A stretch of DNA of 33,773 nucleotides from Conidiobolus incongruus B7586 (GCA_000697335.1 JNEM01006228.1:1-33773), one strand, 5' to 3'. Numbered from the stretch's first letter, positions 10,218 through 24,019 are shown. Made by a program: numbers and translations. The notes: generated by a model from the letters alone, not told the origin.

Positions 10218-11898
10218 TTACGTATTAGATTGCGGCGATGGTGAAGGTGTCTTCGAAGGTTTCGTAGATGCCGAAGTAGCACTCTTTTGATCAAATTTGG
10301 CACTATCTTTGTAGCAGTTGACATGATAAATCTAAAACCAAAGTTAATGAACTGAATACCTAGATAAATAATTATTGTGACTTACCACTTCGTCAACCAT
10401 AACAGCATTGTTGTAGACCCAATCCTCCTGCGCATCGCTCCACACGGACTGGAACTTATCTTTACAGATGGGGCAATAGGGATTCTGATGGTTGGGAGGT
10501 ACTAGTACGTGATGCACTTCGTCGTCTTTAACTTCCTCGTCGGCATTGGCGTCAGTGTTGAAGAACAGTGGCACTTGCTGAGAATTCAGTTCGCTTTCCT
10601 TGGATTGGATCCAGTCGCTCTCCGAGTTAAACCAGTTACGGGAGCTCGACTTTTTCGTCTTGTTCTGGCGGTTTTGGCGGAAGTGCCAGTCCAAATGGTC
10701 CTTCTGCTTCGTTTCGATGTCGTCGCTGGGTGGGAATCGAATACCGCATTGACCACATTTGACAGGCATATTGTCATACAGGACCTTGTATGCATTGGGG
10801 CGCGCTGTGAGGATGTCCTTCTGGTTGAGTGTGACAACGACAGTTACAAAGGTGGGAGCAATAGAACTTTGAGTGCTGGAGGCAGAGGGTGTGGGAGTGG
10901 CGTTGGAAGGTATGGGAGATCCTGAATGAAGGCTAGCACTGGGAGGTTGATTAGGCTGTGATGCATGACTACTTTGGGATCTAGCTGAGTTGGGATGTTG
11001 GGGGGATTTATTAGCAGTACCAAGAAGAGTTTGAATTAAGCTAGCGTCCAATTTGGGGAGCGTGGGCAATACGGGAGCTGAGACTGGAGCTGGAGCTGGT
11101 CTAGTTGGATTGGGAGAAGAATAGTGGTGACCATTAATCATAGGTTGTTGAGGAGGTGGACGTTTAACCTGAGGAGGATATCTAGGTTTATTGTGATGTT
11201 GCTATAATAAACAATTAAACATTTGTCAACAGTGTTAATTTTTATTTGGAAACTTACGTTATCATAGTGCATTTGTTGAGGATGTGGAGGCCTCTGATAA
11301 GGGTGAGGATGAGGATGGTGGGGAGGATGACGACGAATATGGCCACCAGGGGATCTGTTAGGAATAAAGTTACCAGGAGGCTGTGAATGGGGAGGAAAAT
11401 GGGGAGGAGGTTGCTGGATATGAGAATCTATGGAGACCAGAAGCTCGAAAGGGAAGAATCCACCTTCCTTCCAGGTTTCGAGAACGCGGAGGAAACGACC
11501 TTTGGTTTGGTGGTCCACCTTATTAAAAGCATCCAAGAAAACTTGAACTAAATTATGGGCGAAGAGAGTAATATACTCGCCACCCACATTTTTGACAATA
11601 GAATCTAAAACATATAAAATAGGTAATTTTTCATGTGGAGGAGCCTAATGAAAATTTAATCAAAAAGTTAAACAAAAGAGAATAATAAGCTTACATCAAA
11701 AATTCTATCTTCAATAGCGGAAACGAAAGTAGGAGCATAAGAAGGGTTTTGTTGGGCTAAAATAGATAGCTCAGTGATCAAAGGCTTAGAATTGATAGTG
11801 AGTTGGCTCAACAAACGGTAAAAACTGTCAACAATTCCATCGGGTCTGGGAGGAAAAGGCATATGGTGAGGTTTCCCTTTATGATATTGAGGCATCAT
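10218..11898 (-). CDS. PCF11: Pcf11 pre-mRNA cleavage/polyadenylation and termination factor, 4 exons, 506 aa
   Basis: Exons 11898-11695, 11644-11258, 11201-10386 and 10331-10218 have GT..AG introns and splice to 1521 nt in frame. Features: CID domain (LTINSKPLITELS, KLPILYVLDSIVKNVG), C2H2 finger CGQC..HLDWH, Clp1-binding SRNWF..W, and C-terminal CPIC..HVNC finger. Confidence 0.95.
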
Positions 11899-14370
11899 AT
11901 TTGTTACAGTAATGAATTATGTATATACACTTAAGGTTGATAGTAAGTCGTTGTAAAACAAATTAATATTTATTGGGTTGGTGGTCAAATAAATATTAAT
12001 AAATAGTAGACAGGTTCAGTTGAGTTGTTAATAGGAATATTTTAAATAATTAATTTTGTTAATTGAATTAGTTTTTTTTATAAATTATATTATCTATTTT
12101 TTAATTATGTGAAATGTGATAAAAACAGATTGATTAGCAAAAGAATCTCAAGAAGTAGGGGAGAATTTTAGAGAGCTAAATCAATTCAATTAAATAAATG
12201 GTAATGACAAGGTTAAAAGTTTAAAGATTTGGAAGAATAATTTAAATATTATATTATACAAAGGTGCTGTGAGTTAGTTGTGGTGGTGTTTTAGCTTAAA
12301 CCAGATAAATCGATTGGTAAGTTCCAACTGGGTTTTCGAACCGTCAATCAAATAAGAGCTAAAATATATTAAACTTACTTTTATTTAATGTGGCCAAAAA
12401 GGTATACCGCGTGGAATCAATATAGAATACCGTTAACTGTTTTACACGAAATGTAAAGATTTTTTTATGTTCGTAAGACTGAGTAAGAGAGAAACATTGT
12501 GGTTTTTGAGTATGGATTCTGGGGTATATCTAACTAATTTTACCTAATTAACATCTTGATTTTGATTGGCCAAAGGGATTACCAATTTTATTACACTTTA
12601 TCCAATGATACATAATGGTGATTTAATTTTATAGAAATTCGTCATGATCATTTGCTAATTTGGATTTTTCATTTTCACCATCCAATTAAAATAATGAATC
12701 TTTACTTTTTCATCACAAGTCATTTTAAAATAATTATCTGTTGCATCATATTGCAATTAATTAATAGAATATACTTTAATGAATATTCAATATACCCATT
12801 AAATTTATAGAATATCATTTATGTGTTTTTTAATTAATCCATATTTAAAATCAATTCAAATTAATTAAACATAATTCGACAAAAAATTACTTAATTACAG
12901 TAATTTAAGTATCATATAATGTAAATTTGATCATCCCAACTTTTGTTTCAAAAAAATTCCAGGGTATATATTTGCAAGTTTGCATAATATTGAGCCCTAA
13001 TTAATATTTATTCATAGTAAACAACTATAATGCGACCGTATTAAAAGATAAGATATAATTTTATTTTTTAATAATTAATTTAAAAATTTTTAGATTTGAA
13101 TCAGATATTCAAGGATCAATATTTAAAATGATTAAACATATAATTTGAATTTTTATAATGGTTCAAAATTACTCTCAAGATCTTTTGATATTGACATTAC
13201 CAAAAATATTAATAAACACCAAATATCATTTATAACAATTGTCCAAGTGAATTAATATTCATTGAAAAAGCAAGTATAATCGGTATATAAATAACATTTT
13301 TAAGATTGCTATTAATTTCAAATTCGGAATATTATTGGAACTTGGAAAAAATTTCATGTAGTTCATAATATCAATTAATAAACATATTATATAAAGATAA
13401 AATATATGTAATTCTATTATTGGAGCACTTGCTAATTTATAATATTTCTCAATTTGATTTGATTTGACTAAATTTTGTATTAGATATTTCATTATTAATC
13501 AAAATGAACAATTCTCATATTCGCTGATGATTAAATATAATATTCCAATCTAAATACTGTTACTCATTTCATTACTTTTTGAAATGGTTACAGGGTATTA
13601 TACATCTTTAATGAATTAATAATTATGTATTTAATTATATTGGTCGATTAGTACAAATTCATTCAATTCAATCTAAAAAAATTTTCAATTCACATTTAAA
13701 TTTTATTACATTATCCATTCATCAAATCATAAAGTGTAATTTTTAAAAAGTGCTTTACTCTAAAATGTCACGTATATTCTTTTAAATAAACTTTTAATAT
13801 CTCATAGTTCTTTAATACTGTAATATCAATATATCACTATAAATTTTGTTATCTCAGGATAAATTGATAGAGCTGAATAATGATTAAATTCTGATGTTTA
13901 TGTTATAAATTTATATTTACAGCATGATCCAATAATATTTTCATACTTTACATATTTTTTTAAAAAATTATAAATCATAAAAATTATTGAAAATGTCTAG
14001 AATTTAAAATTCAATTTATTTATTTATATTAATTATATACTTGTATTTAATAATTGTAATATTTTGTTTCCTTAGTTTTTGTATGCTAAGTCTCTTATTT
14101 AATTGAAATTATTAACAATATCTAGCTTTACATAATGTATATATGTTAAATTATAATTGAATTATATGTTCAGTTTAATTTAGAAATTACCAATTATAAT
14201 ATATTTAATTACACAACTGCAAAACAATGATCACATTAAAGGGCGAACTGCAAATTGTTGACTTTTACAGACTAGAATTCTTTGTTAAATTTAGTTAATA
14301 GGAATTTTTTTTTTGCAAGAATTATCATACACTCGAAATTAAAGAATGATTACAAATTTTATTTTTGATA

Positions 14371-17007
14371 TTAGTGTTGAAATTGTAAATTAATTATTTT
14401 ATCAAGATTTAAATGATGCTTGGTATTCACTTCCAACATTCCTAATTGACGACTGTGTAAAGTAGTCCATTTAGGCAGATGATCCAAGAGTGATTTCAAT
14501 TCGATGTTTCGGTCGAGATAGCATCTAGCAGTTAAGTAAAATTCTGTAGAATTGCTAGCTTTATCAGTGTATTGGAACTTCAACTTCCATGAGCGTTGAT
14601 TATCATTTCTGATAAGTTGAATATCACCAAGGGTCAGATCCAGCATTAAGGGGTCAATTATTGGGACATATTTGGAGGTTACATGCGAGACAAGGAGGTA
14701 ATCAACGGATTGGTGGAATTTGAGGAGACATACTTTGGATTCTGGCGCGTTAAATTCAATTTCAAGTTGGTGAATACTTTTGTTCACTCTCATATAGTTT
14801 AATATTTCAGGGCGATAGTTTTGATAGTCAGGTAATTGGGGGAGTTTGCCGTCTAAATAAACTGTATCAAAAATCTTTTGACCATTCTGAACATTCCGAT
14901 CTATTCTGAATGGAGCTCGTTGCAAGGAATCAACAATTAAGTCCGTTTTACTAGAAATATCCAATTTCACTATGGAGGTTGTAGCATTCAACGTGACTGG
15001 GTCTAAATACACTATGTGGTTAAAATAAATAGGGAGAGGAGATGTTTCAGAATAAGGAAATCGGGTCAATAAGATGGGCCAGATAATAATAAACACAGCA
15101 GTCGCTAATAGGAAGATAAGTAGTATATTTCGCGTTGCTAACAAATTGGGACCTAATGGTAAACAAGCCAAGGTTGTAAACAACACACAAATGATGTAAG
15201 GTAAATATGGCGAAGTACCAGTGGGCGCACCCTGATGAATTGCTAACACTAGTGGGAGTCCAAGACCAAAGACTACAATGGCACCGAAAAAGAAATTTGC
15301 AATAAAACTAGCGGTCAGTTGAACAAGATGCCAAATGGTATTGGGTTTCCACTTAATACAAGTACTTGATAATGATTCTTTATTGAGAAAATTAATATAT
15401 GGATTAAATATCAAATAGATCACAAATCCAACAAATAAACACCAAGCTTGAATCACAATAAAGGATAGCAAAGACAATCCCAATATATGGGCTATCAATT
15501 GCATAAAGAGTAAGATATTATACAAGAATAAAGTACCTAACCAGCTCAAAATCTGTAAATTATCTAAAGAATAAGACTCATTCCATTTGGTCCAAATCAA
15601 AAGAGATAATAACTGACACCAAGCACTCAATATTATAAATATCAGAAACACGAAATTTGGCCAAGTATGAACGACTGTTGGATTCCAAACGAGAGTTAAT
15701 TTCAAAATAATAAAGCCAAATAGACAAGTTAGTAACATCGCTACAATGATAGATATAAATCCTTTGAGTATAGAGAGGAAGAAACATTGGATGGAAAAGA
15801 ATGCTGTGGAATTAGAGAATTTGTAGTAATAGAACACAGCTAAAGAGATTTCGAGAACATAAAATATTCCTATTAATATATAGCAGGTGGTAAAGTTAAA
15901 TACAACAGTGGAAGGCTGTAATATATCGAAGTAGATAGGTTGATCAAATTGTCTAGAAAGCTTTTGACCGATATTTTGAACAGCTTGATAAGCAAAAGAA
16001 CCCATATGGTGAATGGTAGCGAGAGGAGTATGATAGAAATTATCTTTGACGGTATGATAAAATGCTCGATTACGATAAACAGCAATATCAACACCTGGGA
16101 TTTTCAAATCCTTGGTATAGATTTGATAATCTGTAGAACTTGACAACAATTTCATGGAGAATAAATCGTTGCCGAGGACATTAGCGTGATGGGATGATCC
16201 TCTAGTTAAAGCATTAGCGAGTGCAGTATTAGATGATTGAAATAATAGAGCTTTTCCACCTACACCTGAAGCCTCAAGGTTAATGAATGCATCAGTATCA
16301 TTATACCAGGGATGAGATTTATAGGCTCTAGAACCCAATAAACCCATTTCTTCACCATTGTTGAAGTTCACCAATACATCATGACCAATCGTTGGCGATT
16401 CGATCAATGCTTCCAAAATTTCCAAGGCGACAGAAACAGCGATGCCAGCATCGGACGCACCATGGCTCAAAGGATTAGAATCGTAATGAGTACTGATCAA
16501 TATAGCCCTTCCACTGGAATTAATACCTTTGAATCGTACTACTAAGTTTGATGCTAGAAAATAAGTGCCGAAACCGTTTTCTTTGTTTTGAACACCTTTA
16601 GGATGAAATACGACAGCTTCAGTAAAGTTGTCGTAAACAAAAGAAATTAAATTACTTTTGGATTGTAGCAATTTCACTTGCTCAAATAAATAGGCTAACA
16701 CTTTGTCATTATTAGCACTGTTCACTTCATGTGGTGCCATAGATATTGTTTTCAAATGTTTTTGAGCTCGAACCGCATTAAATCCCTGTTTTGGATTGTA
16801 AATATCACTTGTAGGTGGCAAGTTAGGAGGATCTAAAGAGTTTTTCGCTAATATAAAAGCAATAAATATGAATAAAACAACAATTATGGAATAGATCCAA
16901 CTGATTAATTGATCTTTGAAAGTCGATACCTTGGAACTTGAGTCAAGTGAACCTTGAATACTCTCTTCCAATTGAGTAGAATTATAATTACGTTTCCTTC
17001 TTATCAT
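14371..17007 (-). CDS. M28 family multi-pass membrane zinc metallopeptidase (Pff1/ERMP1-like), copy A, 878 aa, intronless
   Basis: First ATG at 17007 (the ORF track starts at an upstream TTG). It has an N-terminal TM, zinc-ligand motifs HYDS, GASDAG, NGEEMGL, NLEASG and FYHT, then a long hydrophobic multi-TM region and a soluble C-terminal domain. Confidence 0.93.
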   Translation of the reverse strand: MIRRKRNYNSTQLEESIQGSLDSSSKVSTFKDQLISWIYSIIVVLFIFIAFILAKNSLDPPNLPPTSDIYNPKQGFNAVRAQKHLKTISMAPHEVNSANNDKVLAYLFEQVKLLQSKSNLISFVYDNFTEAVVFHPKGVQNKENGFGTYFLASNLVVRFKGINSSGRAILISTHYDSNPLSHGASDAGIAVSVALEILEALIESPTIGHDVLVNFNNGEEMGLLGSRAYKSHPWYNDTDAFINLEASGVGGKALLFQSSNTALANALTRGSSHHANVLGNDLFSMKLLSSSTDYQIYTKDLKIPGVDIAVYRNRAFYHTVKDNFYHTPLATIHHMGSFAYQAVQNIGQKLSRQFDQPIYFDILQPSTVVFNFTTCYILIGIFYVLEISLAVFYYYKFSNSTAFFSIQCFFLSILKGFISIIVAMLLTCLFGFIILKLTLVWNPTVVHTWPNFVFLIFIILSAWCQLLSLLIWTKWNESYSLDNLQILSWLGTLFLYNILLFMQLIAHILGLSLLSFIVIQAWCLFVGFVIYLIFNPYINFLNKESLSSTCIKWKPNTIWHLVQLTASFIANFFFGAIVVFGLGLPLVLAIHQGAPTGTSPYLPYIICVLFTTLACLPLGPNLLATRNILLIFLLATAVFIIIWPILLTRFPYSETSPLPIYFNHIVYLDPVTLNATTSIVKLDISSKTDLIVDSLQRAPFRIDRNVQNGQKIFDTVYLDGKLPQLPDYQNYRPEILNYMRVNKSIHQLEIEFNAPESKVCLLKFHQSVDYLLVSHVTSKYVPIIDPLMLDLTLGDIQLIRNDNQRSWKLKFQYTDKASNSTEFYLTARCYLDRNIELKSLLDHLPKWTTLHSRQLGMLEVNTKHHLNLDKIINLQFQH

Positions 17008-18709
17008 ATTTGGAATTTGAAAATAAATTGGCAATGAAATGTATAGATGTTTGAATTTATATATTGATTAATTCAATTCATCATAATCATTAATTTTGCC
17101 AAATAATTTTAAATCAATTTCCCTTTATTCAAATATTTTATCAATTGCTTCAAACCTGAATAAAGATATTTTCATTCTTATTAGCCTGTATTAGATATAT
17201 TAATTTTAGAGTAATTAGAATTCAAATAAAGGATTAATAAAATCTATTTAGCTAATGTGTATATTATATATTTTCCAACCTATTTGCTTTAAAATATATA
17301 ATTAATCCTTCCATTATTGATATTAAATTTTATCCAAAAAGCATTTTTCAATGAAATTTAGAATTTCTAACAATAAAAATAAAAGCTAAAAATTCTAATT
17401 GGAACATTTCAAAAGGGAGAAAACTTTAATATCTTGTTTTCTTTATTGATATTTTATATTTGACGTAATATGTAAACTACACTTGGAAGGCATTATGTAA
17501 ATATCTCAGTATAATGATACTAACCCTTCCATGACCGACTAATTTTTCCTAATCTTTATTGGAGATATATTGATTCAATTTCCCTGATGGATAAATCTTT
17601 ATGTTGAAAGTATTTGACATTTATTTCATCTTAAAAAATAATTATTTTTTATATGAGTTCATTTTGTAAATATATAAAATATAATGATGATGCCGAGCCA
17701 TGTAATAATTTATTGAACTTCATTTCCCTAAAAAGATATTACTCATTTAATACTATGAGAGTATTGAAGATTACAGGACACTTATTATTAAACAGATATT
17801 ATTTTTTAAGTAATACAATAACAAATTCCAAACTCATTTTAAGATTGAAAAATTAATTTTGTTGTCATTATATTCCTAGAGTTTACTGTCCAACTTTATT
17901 TTAATGAATATTTATATCAAGTTTATCCAAACCTAATTTCAATATTTTTAAACTTATGCTTAAAAATTATATATATTAAATCATATATATAATAAAATAT
18001 TACCTGAACAATTCACTAAAATCTGCTAAATTATCTATAACTCTTAATAGTTATTCTTTAAAAAACATTTTACTTGCATATTCTTTGCAACAATTTCAAT
18101 TAAATATATAAACAAAATATAAATTATCAAATAGTTTCATATATTTGATATTTTTATAATAATATATAATAAAAGATATATATCTTATACTAATCATACA
18201 TATTTTTATAAATTATCATATTTTTTAAATTATTAGCTTCATAAATAATAATAATAATAATATATTTAATTACAAATGATAAATTTTTAATACACAAATT
18301 AATTAACTATACACAGCGATATTGTTATAAGAATATCTATAATATTTCTAAATTTTTATTTTTTCAACATTACAAGAAGCCAATATTAATTTTTTTTTAA
18401 TTTTTTAACTATTTATTAATCAAGAGCTTTAGTTTACTTTAAGATATTATAATATACTCGGGTTGAATTTTTTTTGATAATTAATTTTATAATATAATAA
18501 TTTTATTCTAGTATATTTTTGATTATAATTAATATCTTAAATTTTAATAATTAATTTTAAAAAATGTATTTCATTTGATTAAATAATCCTAAAATTTCAA
18601 TATAAAGATGTTTAATTTATAAAATTTTTCAATTATTAGTATTATGTATAGTGACCTTTAATATATTTTAAACTTAATCATTAGTAGCTACCTCAATTAT
18701 TGACTATAT

Positions 18710-18733
18710 GATCTTTTGATCTTTTGATCTTTT
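18710..18733. repeat. Short tandem repeat (GATCTTTT)x3
   Basis: Direct reading: gatctttt gatctttt gatctttt. Confidence 0.85.
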
Positions 18734-21140
18734 AAGTCAATGTAGATTAATACTCGGAATCAAATTATTACTTACTAATAAAAGTCATGATTTGTTAATT
18801 TTTTCAAGGCTTTATTAATATATCCAAGTAACGTGTAAGTGATAAATACAAACTTGCCCTATAAAAGGAAATACTAAACAGAAATTTTAAGGGCTTTATA
18901 TCGAATATATTCAATATATGTTAAAAATCATATTTATTACTTTCAACGAATTTTAAGAATTTAACCGCTGCAAATGGGATATAATCTTCAATAAGTAAAA
19001 ATAATAATATAATAGGTGAATCTAATATATTGATCTATAGGTATATTTATGAATTAATAAAACAACCTCACTTGATATAATTTAAAAATGATTTAATTAT
19101 ACTCACCACTTATTTTGATACATTACTTTACAACACCCAAATAAATTATTATTTATAAGATTCACATTCAAATTAATGTCAACTATAAATCATTGGAATA
19201 TCACATTAGTAAAGCGCTAATAATATCCTAAAATTAAGGTAAATACAAAATTCCTTTTTACAAATATTTATTATAAGCTCAAAGCTAGTATTACTTGGCT
19301 ATTAGGAATATGTTATCAAAAAGAAATATTATTTTTATATTAATTTTTAACTTTGAGAAATCTTCAATATTAAAATAATGTTTTTATTATTTGAGTGTAA
19401 TAAATATATATATATATACTTTTTTAATTTACTTAAAATTACTCAATAACTAATTAAAAAATATAATTATATATTAATATTTATCCTCATTTATTCTATA
19501 TATATTAATATAGTAATATAATAAGATTTTGAGATAAAATGAATCCTAATTTATATATATATTAAATTTAAATTATTATTTCAAAAAAACCTATAGGATA
19601 ATATAATAAAAAATATTTTTGAATTATTTGAATTAAAGTACTATATATATAATTAAACCTGAATAAAAATTAGCAAATTTTCCTTATAATGATTTATATT
19701 TGATATTATAATTAAATAATAAAATAATAGAATTATATCTTGATATAAAATCATTTATATTAAAACTTAAAATTAAAAAATACTTCAATAATAAAAAAAT
19801 TTATTTTTATAATTTATAATATTTAATACTATTTGATTTAAGTTTATAAATATTATATATATATATATATTATATATATTTTAATTAAAATTTAATAATA
19901 TTACGTATTTTTGATAATTTATCACTGGTATTTAATATTTTGTTATATATTAGCTATATATATTAATTTTTATATTCAAGTATATTTCCTAGTTTTTTTT
20001 TTAATTTTAATATATAATTTTGTAAAAAACTTGACACTTATAAATTTTTGAATAATAGAAAAAAGAATTAATATTAAATACCAAGATAATTTAATATAAA
20101 TATATTATAAAAAACTTTGATCATTTCCATTGAATTATTTTTTTGTATTTTTAAAGCTATAAAGGAAAAAGCTTGGGTAAAATATTATTGTTTATATTTC
20201 ATTTAGGGATATATAAACTCAATATATATCAAATTACTTTAGATAAAACTTTGCTATTATATAGACCTTGGTATATATGAATAACCCCTAATATTATAGT
20301 TTTATTATCAAATTATAAAATGGAATTATTTTATATATAAATAAGGATTAAACTCCTTTATAAAATTTAAAGAGGTTTTTATAATTTCTTTTATAATAAT
20401 CTTTTAAACTAATAAAGATTCAAATTATAATATATTATATATCATATTTAATATATTATCTTATAAAATCTGATAATTAATAATTAATATTTCTGTTTAA
20501 AATATACCAAAATTTAATATAAATTATAAAACTTTAAAAAAAAATACATAGAAATAGAATTTAAAAATTAAATATTATATGATTCAATTAATTATATTAA
20601 TATAAAATTAATAAAAATATAAATATTTAAAATATTTTTTTTTAATTTTTATTAATTTATTATTTTGAAATAAAAAATAAAAAAAGGAATTAATATTAAA
20701 TATTTATATTTATAAAAATTATCAAAAGATATTAAAAAGTTATATTATTTTTTTTATTCAAATATATTTAAATATATATATATATATATCAAATATTTAA
20801 ATAAAGTAGATAATAATAGATAAATTATTTATTAGAACAAATTCACTATACCCTTTCAATTTGTTATATTATAAATGGATACAGCTATTATCAAATATCT
20901 TTGATTCAAGGGAAATTAATTTTGGATCACAATGGAATAAAAATATTTTCATTATTATAAACTAGATTGATAGATTTATATATATAATAATTAAGAATTA
21001 ATTAAATTTATATTAAATTAATTTAATCTATTTTATATTTCATAAATTGAATAAATATATATTATTTTTTGATATATATAATATAATTAATTTAGTTTAT
21101 TAATTTAAATAAATGGAATTATATAAACAAATTTAAAAAG

Positions 21141-22064
21141 TTAGAAATCATCGGCCTGCCTACGAAGATCCATTGTGACTTCGTTATTAGCAGCTTCTCC
21201 TCTTCCATAATACATGTTTGAAATTTGAAGCTTTGCAATTTTAATAGAATCCCAAAGAGCTGGATCAATTGAAAAAGCAAGTAAAGTGAACATACCATTC
21301 GTTCCTGTGATAATGCTATTAGCTACGTAGAGATTGCTAGGGGGCAATGGAGAAAATACATACCAATACTGGAGGACGATTTCGACAGATAAAGTGATAA
21401 CTGTAGCAAGAGGGTATAAAAATGATCTCTTAGCTCTTTTAGTTCGGTTAAGTCTGAAAGCGGTTTGATTCGATTCTCCTTTGATTTTCTGACTAGTATA
21501 AGTATTAATCCAATGAGACATCGATTTATGACCTGCATAAGTAACATATACTCCTGATACAACTGCGATTAAAGTGAAGCCTCCAGAAATTCCGAAAGCA
21601 ATTCTATTGTGTAGCCATATGTCTGATCCTGGATTGCAAACTCTTTGTCCCTTAGGACCATGATAAAAGCCCAGGAAATAACAGATGACCATTAATACTC
21701 CAATTCCTAACAATACACCAAACCAAATCAAAAGCTCATATTTAAAAGTAGCTTTCTTTAATTGGACAATTGCACGATATAAATGGTAGCAAATTGCAAT
21801 ATTAGTGAAAACATATAACAAGCGGCCAAAGATACTAAAAACAATAATAGCTTCACAACGATTCAGTCTAACTAAGTCAGAACTTCCAATAGCGAGGAAT
21901 GCACCCAAGTGAGAGATCACATCGGAAATCGCAATACCAACGATCAGCCTTACAGTTACTCTGTTAACATGCTTCAAATCGATACAAGCAAGAATGAACA
22001 GGGTGAGGAGTACAATGGAAGCACAAGCAATCCCAATCAAATGTAAATACTGAGGAAGGAGCAT
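21141..22064 (-). CDS. 7TM GPCR-like protein (cAMP-receptor-like/Git3-type), copy A, 307 aa, intronless
   Basis: ATG at 22064. Seven hydrophobic segments, TM2 IAISD, Cys before TM3 and in ECL2, basic ICL3 (RTKRAKRS), TM6 FLYP and TM7 G..TLLAFSIDP. Confidence 0.85.
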   Translation of the reverse strand: MLLPQYLHLIGIACASIVLLTLFILACIDLKHVNRVTVRLIVGIAISDVISHLGAFLAIGSSDLVRLNRCEAIIVFSIFGRLLYVFTNIAICYHLYRAIVQLKKATFKYELLIWFGVLLGIGVLMVICYFLGFYHGPKGQRVCNPGSDIWLHNRIAFGISGGFTLIAVVSGVYVTYAGHKSMSHWINTYTSQKIKGESNQTAFRLNRTKRAKRSFLYPLATVITLSVEIVLQYWYVFSPLPPSNLYVANSIITGTNGMFTLLAFSIDPALWDSIKIAKLQISNMYYGRGEAANNEVTMDLRRQADDF

Positions 22065-24019
22065 CAAGAAATAATACCAATTTATTCAATTTTACACATA
22101 ATAATCACATTTATAAATATCAGATCCAACACCCTATTTATATCAATTTTAATTATTTTTTTCTAAATTCAAATGGCATTGATTAATAACTAATCTGTTC
22201 AATAAAATTTGAATATGATTTAATTTTTCATATAAGGGGTGAATATTAATATAATTAAAATAAAATAATTTTTTTAAAAGAGGATTTTATTAGAATAATA
22301 TAGTATACCTGAAGTTTGATTGAGTTAATATATTTCTATTTACAATTATTAAAAAAGGTATAAATTTTAAATAGTTCAAGTTCTTTTTTAATATGATGTT
22401 AAATATCAAAATGTTTATCGATTAAAGGTTAGATTTATTTTTAAAGCTATAACTGTTGTACAAAATTCCTTTTTGTAACATATGCTAAATAACAATTTTT
22501 GAATAATTTTTAATTGAATAGCATTGAATAGTGTGAATACCTTAGAATGAAGTTAAGCTATGTATTAGAATATCCCAAAATGAAATTTTACAGTGAGACT
22601 TATGTGAATGAGTATAAATTAACTTACCGTATTTCTAGTCTATTCTTCTAATAAAATTCCCGTAAAATGATTAAAATGAGTTTCAATTCAAAAATAAGCC
22701 GTTGAAATACATCTAGCAATAGATGTTAATATGACATAATTATAATAATTTTAAATTGATATTGATAAATATTTGGAATTATAATAAGATTGTTATTGTT
22801 TATGAATTTTGAAATTATTAACTTATTAATTAAATAATAAATGCAAGTATTATATTATCTATTCATATTAAAACCCTAATTTCAAAAAAGTTCAATTAAT
22901 TCTATAAAATTCATTGATCAAATTATTCCTGTTTATTTATTTTATTAATATACCCCAAAATGGCCAACTCTTCAGCTAATCAGTATTCAATTATTGATTT
23001 GTAAAATATATTTGAAAACATAGATTATATAAACAATATAATTTGTTTACAATTTAATTTATGTATTAAAAAATTCTCAGATTATATTTAGAAACATAAT
23101 ACAGCATATTAAATTTTCTCAATTATAATTCATCTGATTTTCATTTTCTCAATCTACACTAATAGTTTAATAACAATATTAATAATTCAATTTCTTTTCC
23201 CAATTCTCATTCCAAAATAATTGATTTCTTTTAAATCTTGTACAATTTATTAAGTGCGGCTGATCTCTAGCCACAGGTTGAAACTTTCTCATATTATTTT
23301 GAAATTATATCATTTTAAATAAAAAATTGAGGATTGGAAGCAATTAAAAATAATTTTAAAATATTTAAATTATTGAAATATTGCATTAATGATTAATTGA
23401 TGTTTAACGAATAAAACAGTATATTCAAGTTTAAATAGGTACCCCCAAGTCTAACAAAGCATTGTATATGATATTAATAATTATATTATATTATATATAA
23501 TTTCATTTAATAACTAAAATAATTCATTCATTATAATTTCAATATGATCAATCATCTTTGAAATTGATTATATCATGAAAACAAGATGTGAACTAATATT
23601 ACCACATATGATCACTAAAATTCTTTATTGAAAAATAATATACACATTTTTATTAATATATTATATTATTTTAAAATGTCAAGAATTTATGAATTCATAA
23701 TTACCCTAAATAATCAATATAATAAAGAATGATAAATTAGAAATAATATAGTTAATATTGATTCTATTGGTTATTATAAAAATGAATATGACATATATAA
23801 TTATCTAAAACTTTGCTTAATTTAATATTCCAATGCATTTTCTATTGATTTCATTTAAAATCTAGCTACAAAGCGGAATTATAAAGATATAATTAAATTC
23901 GAATAATATGATTAGTTGAGGATTAAAATTAATTGTTGCAAATTTTAATATAATTAATTACAGTAAATATTTAATTTAAATTTTTCTATTTCAAAGTTAA
24001 ATTGTTTAAATAATATAGA

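Noticed and set aside
10509..10925. Antisense 138-aa ORF and alternate-frame 83-aa ORF in PCF11
   Set aside because: Explained by locally high GC in the PCF11 exon, with no recognisable motifs.
11645..11694. ATTAAA in PCF11 intron 1 as an autoregulatory intronic poly(A) site like vertebrate PCF11
   Set aside because: The hexamer is ubiquitous at this AT content and the intron is only 50 nt. It cannot be supported without 3'-end data.
12120..12620. Moderately GC-richer stretch upstream of PCF11 as an ncRNA or small gene
   Set aside because: No convincing ORF, splice pattern, tRNA fold or snRNA motif found by eye.
15578..16143. Nested ORFs in M28 copies, including the similar 73-aa alternate-frame ORFs at 15873 and 28378
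   Set aside because: Their similarity simply follows from nucleotide similarity of the host paralogs, and they start at non-ATG codons.
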